NCBI GenBank assembly: GCA_964035545.1
Contig: OZ037770.1
Location: 15,924,642-15,988,641 of the forward strand
Length of the DNA: 64,000 nucleotides
Direction of reading: 5' to 3'
DNA from: Bugula neritina
Taxonomy: Eukaryota > Animalia > Bryozoa
The translations under genes and the position numbers were made by a program. Shown one piece after another: positions 58,555 through 64,000 of this stretch. A model generated the notes under the pieces. The model was not told the origin of the DNA. It was given only the letters and a program-made list of their open reading frames with translations, and made no database searches. Within the stretch, counting starts at the first letter, position 1. Each line of letters begins with the position of its first letter.

Positions 58555-59266
58555 TCATGATAATTTCTCCTGAAGTTTATCAGCCAGACAGAGGATCCAG
58601 TCGGTGGTTCTCTCACAGTCAAACTTGCGGGCTTTGATAGTAACTATGAGAGTGTGTTGAGACTCTGTAACACAGGCTATGATGTAACTGGATCCATTAA
58701 ACAAGACTATCAGCTGGTCTGTCAGCTGCTTCACACAGTAGTACAGGTTGTCCAAGTACAGCACATCCTGACATCCAGGCTGGTAAAGCAGAATGTCTCT
58801 CAACATCTATAATAGAAATTATACACAATGTTATCATAACTATAGCAATCAGTCTTCACTGGCAGCCATAAAGACCTACCATAACACCATTTTTAGTGAG
58901 CATTTAGACCTACCATAACACCATTCTCAGTGAGCATTTAGACCTACCAAAACACCATTCTCAGTGAGCATTTAGACTTACCATAACATCATTCTCAGTG
59001 AGCATTTAGACCTACCAAAACACCATTCTCAGTGAGCATTTAGACTTACCATAACATCATTCTCAGTGAGCATTTAGACCTACCATAACATCATTCTCAG
59101 TGAGCATTTCCTCTCCGTCTTTCACCATGATGTTTCCGTTTGGGGAAAGTAGCTGGGCCTCCCTCAGTCTCACCCCGGTCTTTCTGTAGCTCTTGATGTG
59201 CTGCAGAAACGCTTTAATCCATTTACATTTCTTGTTTGGGTTGGAGATGAACAGCAGACCCAACAT
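58555..59266 (-). CDS. Small protein, probably a divergent profilin-like fold, about 144 aa
   Basis: Exons 59266-59084 and 58806-58555, phase 0. Length and pattern (N-terminal W helix, AQLLSPNGNIMVK, C-terminal helix LCLADKLQEK) resemble profilins. The family assignment is by eye only. Confidence 0.55.
58873..59109 (-). repeat. 34-bp repeat (about 7 copies) duplicating exon end plus donor of the profilin-like gene
   Basis: Minus strand (AAATGCTCACTGAGAATGATGTTATG|GTARGTCT)n. Confidence 0.95.
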
Positions 59267-59832
59267 GTTTACTCTGAAATGAAATAGTTTGACTATATTA
59301 TTCATCATATTACAAACATATGGTTATATTATATGATCTTATTTGAAACCCCTTTATGGGTTTAGGAATCAAGTTTAGTACCTCAATTTCTGCTTGTTGC
59401 AGCTGCATTAAACAGCTGTAGAACATGAAATTGAGTCTATGCATGGTGCTAATACTGTGCTATAACGTAATATTATCTGTACTTACTCTGGTCAATATGG
59501 TGCTAATACTGTGCTATAATATAATATTATCTGTACTTACTCTGGTCAATATGGTGCTAATACTGTGCTATAATATAATATTATCTGTACTTACTCTGGT
59601 CAATATGGTGCTAATACTGTGCTAGTCATTTGATTGTATGTGACAGTTTGCGGAGGCTCTACAGCTGGTAATGACGTGCTGAAGTGTATTCAACATAGTT
59701 TTATAATATTATATATCGGTCATTTAATGCAATTAATCACAAATTACACCAACCGTGTCGAAAGATAAATCAGGAGAGGCACTTTGAGTTATATTTAGTG
59801 TCGTGGTACTGTAGAATAACCTGCAGGCAACT

Positions 59833-61960
59833 GTATAGCACATATATGTAGCACATTGCAGTGTATGTATAGCACATATATGTAGCACATTGCTGTGTAT
59901 GTATAGCACATATATGTATCTCATTGCTGTGTATGCATAGCACATATATGTAGCACATTGCAGTGTATGTATAGCACATATATGTAGCACATTGCAGTGT
60001 ATGTATAGCACATATATGTATCTCATTGCAGTGTATGTATAGCACATATATGTAGCACATTACTGTGTATGTATAGCACATATATGTAGCACATAATGTG
60101 TATGTATAGCACATATATGTAGCACATAATGTGTATGTATAGCACATATATGTAGCACATTACTGTGTATGTATAGCACATATATGTAGCACATTACAGT
60201 GTATGTATAGCACATATATGTAGCACATTGCAGTGTATGTATAGCACATATATGTAGCACATTGCAGTGTATGTATGCAAGTACATATAAAGTGAGGGGT
60301 TCAAAGTACAGATCATAGTTTTATATTGGAGCATATGCTATTATTATATTGTAGTGGAGGCTTATGGGACTGCTTTGATTCAGCTGCTTGGAGTTATGAC
60401 CTCACAGGTTTTGGTCCACAAGAAAAGCTAAGACTTGGGTGGATTGCAGAGAACTTGTCAGTGTAGATGAAACCTGGTAAGTTTATACTAAATACTGAAT
60501 GTATATTATATTATATTATATTATATTATATTATATTATATTATATATATACATTCATTGACAGTGAACATATAAAAGTATAAACAATGCATAATATATA
60601 AGAATATAAGGAATGATGAGCAAATGACATGCTAATAAATTATTTGAAAATAGTACCAGTTACATGTTACATACACGTTGCAAAGGAAAGGATACTAAAC
60701 TATACAGCGTAGAGAGCGTAGAGAAACTATACAGCGTAGAGAGTGTAGAGAAACTATACAGCGTAGAGAGTGTAGAGAAACTATACAGCGTAGAGAGTGT
60801 AGAGAAACTATACAGCGTAGAGAGTGTAGAGAAACTATACAGCGTAGAGAGTGTAGAGAAACTATACAGCGTAGAGAGTGTAGAGAAACTATACAGCGTA
60901 GAGAGTGTAGAGAAACTATACAGCGTAGAGAGTGTAGAGAAACTATACAGCGTAGAGAGTGTAGAGAAAAGCATAAAATAGTTTACAGACCATTTCGCTG
61001 TAACAAGACTCTAACTTCCTAACAGAATGTGTTCATTCAGGCTATATACTAGTATATACTATACTATACACCAGTATATACTATACTATACACTAGTATA
61101 TACTATACTATACATTAGTATATACTATACTATACACTACTATATACTATACTATACATTAGTATATACTATACTATATACTAGTATAGTATAGTATATA
61201 CTAGTATATATTCATGTAGTATATTTAGGACTAGAAGAGGATAGCATATACATGTAAACCAGGAAGAGAGAAGGAAACAGTCAATAATGAATCATCCAGA
61301 GAAAAGTAAAGCATGAGTGTGTCAGTAAATAGGTGTATTCTGTAGACAGGTGTGTTCTGTAGACAGGTGTGTTCTGTAGACAAGTGTATTTTGTAGACAG
61401 GTGTATTCTGTAGAGAGGTGTATTCTGTAGACAGGTGTGTTCTGTAGACAGGTGTGTTCTGTAGACAAGTGTATTTTGTAGACAGGTGTATTCTGTAGAG
61501 GGGTGTATTCTGTAGACAGGTGTGTTCTGTAGACAGGTGTGTTCTGTAGACAAGTGTATTTTGTAGACAGGTGTATTCTGTAGAGAGGTGTATTCTGTAG
61601 ACAGGTGTATTCTGTAGACAGGTGTATTCTGTAGACAGGTAGGTTCTGTAGACAGGTGTGTTCTGTAGACAGGTGTATTCTGTAGAGAGGTGTGTTCTGT
61701 AGACAGGTAGGTTCTGTAGACAGGTATGTTCTGTAGACAGGTGTGTTCTGTAGACAGGTGTGTTCTGTAGAGAGGTGTGTTCTGTAGACAGGTGTGTTCT
61801 GTAGACAGGTAGGTTCTGTAGACAGGTGTGTTCTGTAGAGAGGTGTGTTCTGTAGACAGGTAGGTTCTGTAGACAGGTGAGGTAGACAGGTGTATTCTGT
61901 AGACAGGTGTGTTCTGTAGACAGGTAGGTTCTGTAGACAGGTGTATTCTGTAGACAGGTG
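59833..61960. repeat. Cluster of minisatellites (59833-60275, 27-bp 60697-60968, 61045-61210, 17-bp 61330-61960)
   Basis: For example (AAACTATACAGCGTAGAGAGTGTAGAG)n and (TTCTGTAGACAGGTGTR)n. Confidence 0.9.
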
Positions 61961-61991
61961 AGGTAGAGTGTCATAAGTTGCTGCCAGGCTG

Positions 61992-63967
61992 TCACACACT
62001 GCTGCCAGGTGCGTATTTATTGACATTGTAGTAAACAACAACCACAAACAATATAAAAAGTCCTGAGCATATTCCTAGGATGTTTAGTAGCTTCGAATAC
62101 CAGGAGTACTTGGCGGCCATCTTCTCATCCCCTGCGAGCAATATACATACATATATATATATACTATATATAGTAACTGTATACTATATAAAGTAACTGT
62201 ATACTATATATAGTAACTGTATACTATATATAGTAACTGTATACTATATATAGTAACTGTATACTATATATAGTAACTGTATACTATATATAGTATACAG
62301 TTACTATATATAGTAACTGTATACTATATATAGTAACTGTATACTATATATAGTAACTGTATACTATATAAAGTAACTGTATACTATATATAGTATACAG
62401 TTACTATATATAGTAACTGTATACTATATATAGTAACTGTATACTATATATAGTAACTGTATACTATATAAAGTAACTGTATACTATATATAGTAACTGT
62501 ATACTATATAAAGTAACTGTATACTATATATAGTAACTGTATACTATATATAGTAACTGTATACTATATAAAGTAACTGTATACTATATATAGTAACTGT
62601 ATACTATATATAGTAACTGTATACTATATATAGTAACTGTATACTATATATAGTAACTGTATACTATATATAGCAAATGCAGACTATTTAAATACTTTCA
62701 CTCACCTTCATTTAGTGACTTCTTAGTGAGCAGGGAGAAGTAGAGGGCCCCAGCCCCTGCAAACACTCCACACAGGACCAGCGTAAATATGGACGTTTTG
62801 AAATGTGGAGAAATTTTCACTTGGGTAGTTTGTTTGAGCTTGAAGATACTGGCATTGCTGCGTCCATTGACAGTCACATGACCATTAGCTGCCTGAAGAC
62901 TCTTTGCTGACAGTGGGCGGGACTTCTTCGAGCCAGCTGCTCGCAGATTATCGGTGGAGTATGTTACTTTGTCAGCGATTCTAACTGTGTGCTTACTGGA
63001 GCCGGCGGAAGATGGCCGACTTCCTGCCTGGAACATGGAGGTGATGTGATCACTAGAGTTCTTGAGAATAGAAGGACTCTGAGCTTTAGTAAAATGAGCA
63101 GACTGGGAGGAAATCACCTCTATAGTCTCGCACTCTTCGTCCAACCCTTGATTCTCAAAGGTCTGCAGAGAAGTAGAAGAAGCGCTTACTGGCCGCGCCA
63201 GCTGCCCTCTGGACAGTTCTGAAGCTTTGCTCGAGCTTTTAACATCAATAGAAAGCTTTTGTTTGTGACTCTGAAATGCTGACTTAGCTGGTGAGATCCC
63301 AGAACTCTCTACCTTGTCTAATGGTATCCCAGAACCCTCTACCTTGTCTGGTGGTATCCCATAACTCTCTACCTTGTCTGGTGGTATCACAGAACTCTCT
63401 ACCTTGTCTAATGGTATCACAGAACTCTCTACCTTGTCTGGTGGTATCCCATAACTCTCTACCTTGTCTGGTGGTATCCCATAACTCTCTACCTTGTCTG
63501 GTGGTATCACAGAACCTCTTCCTGAGTCTTTGTCTGTCTCGTTATCAACAACCAAATTATTCTCAGCAATCTCAGACTTGTTTTGAAGGCGAAGAGACTT
63601 AGACTTTCTTTTGCTAGTTTTTGTTATTTCCAACTCAATGGGAGGAAGTCTCCCCGATGGTTTAGATAGTTTGTGATCGCCATTATTGTTGGTGAGGCGG
63701 CCATCTTGTATGTGACTAGTCGAATGCTCTTCATTCTCCATCTTACCTGCACAGAGATTAGTTATATTATGTTTATATTATATAGTATGTGATGAATGAT
63801 AGAATCATATTACTTACAGTAGTATGATAGATTATATTACTTACAGTAGTATGATAGATTATATTACTTACAGTAGTATGATAGATTATATTACTTACAC
63901 TAGTATGATAGAATTATATTACTTACACTAATATGGTAGAGTTATATTACTTACCTATCTGTTCCAT
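61992..63967 (-). CDS. CD225/dispanin family membrane protein (PRRT/TRARG1-like) with long disordered N-terminus, about 397 aa
   Basis: Exons 63967-63955, 63746-62706, 62131-61992. The C-terminus HFKTSIFTLVLCGVFAGAGALYFSLLTKKSLNEGDEKMAAKYSWYSKLLNILGICSGLFILFVVVV fits the CD225 pattern (hydrophobic-C...A..FS...GD...A..S..K...hydrophobic). Confidence 0.82.
62160..62672. repeat. 20-bp intronic minisatellite with two inverted units
   Basis: (ATACTATATATAGTAACTGT)n; inverted cores at 62291 and 62391. Confidence 0.95.
63290..63518 (-). repeat. Coding 30-bp repeat in the CD225 protein N-terminus
   Basis: Encodes (IPPDKVESYG/IPLDKVESSV)x about 7. Confidence 0.92.
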
Positions 63968-64000
63968 TGTGTAAGTTGGACTTGCCTAGAGTTATGCTGT

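Overview
Eukaryotic, AT-rich invertebrate animal genomic DNA with spliced GT-AG genes; the organism cannot be fixed from sequence alone. Most long ORFs in the supplied track are translations of minisatellites. By assembling exons by hand I recover seven frame-consistent genes: (1) p90 ribosomal S6 kinase, RSK/RPS6KA (+, 2076-19541, 17 coding exons, plus a probable alternative 227-codon first exon); (2) a secreted single-LDLa protein resembling Jelly belly/HEN-1 (+, 31103-33477); (3) a secreted LRR protein (+, 38935-44986); (4) an FMRFamide-receptor-like class A GPCR with a coding minisatellite in ICL3 (-, 45370-48210); (5) a type II membrane collagen + C-type lectin + short-chain-collagen NC1-like mosaic protein (+, 49243-54981); (6) a divergent profilin-like gene (-, 58555-59266); (7) a CD225/dispanin gene (-, 61992-63967). 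There is also a degenerate tRNA/SINE head at about 1025-1097. The most striking property is the repeat landscape. My rough hand tally is 60-70 different minisatellites (units about 9-54 bp) covering about 40-45% of the window, each apparently copied from its own local sequence. Many are seeded exactly on splice junctions. They multiply real 5' or 3' splice sites 5-38 times, build whole introns from one unit, form chains of mini-intron-like units (AG-N-GTAAGT), or give kb-long AG-free introns whose only branch-point-like CTAAT sits in the final unit.
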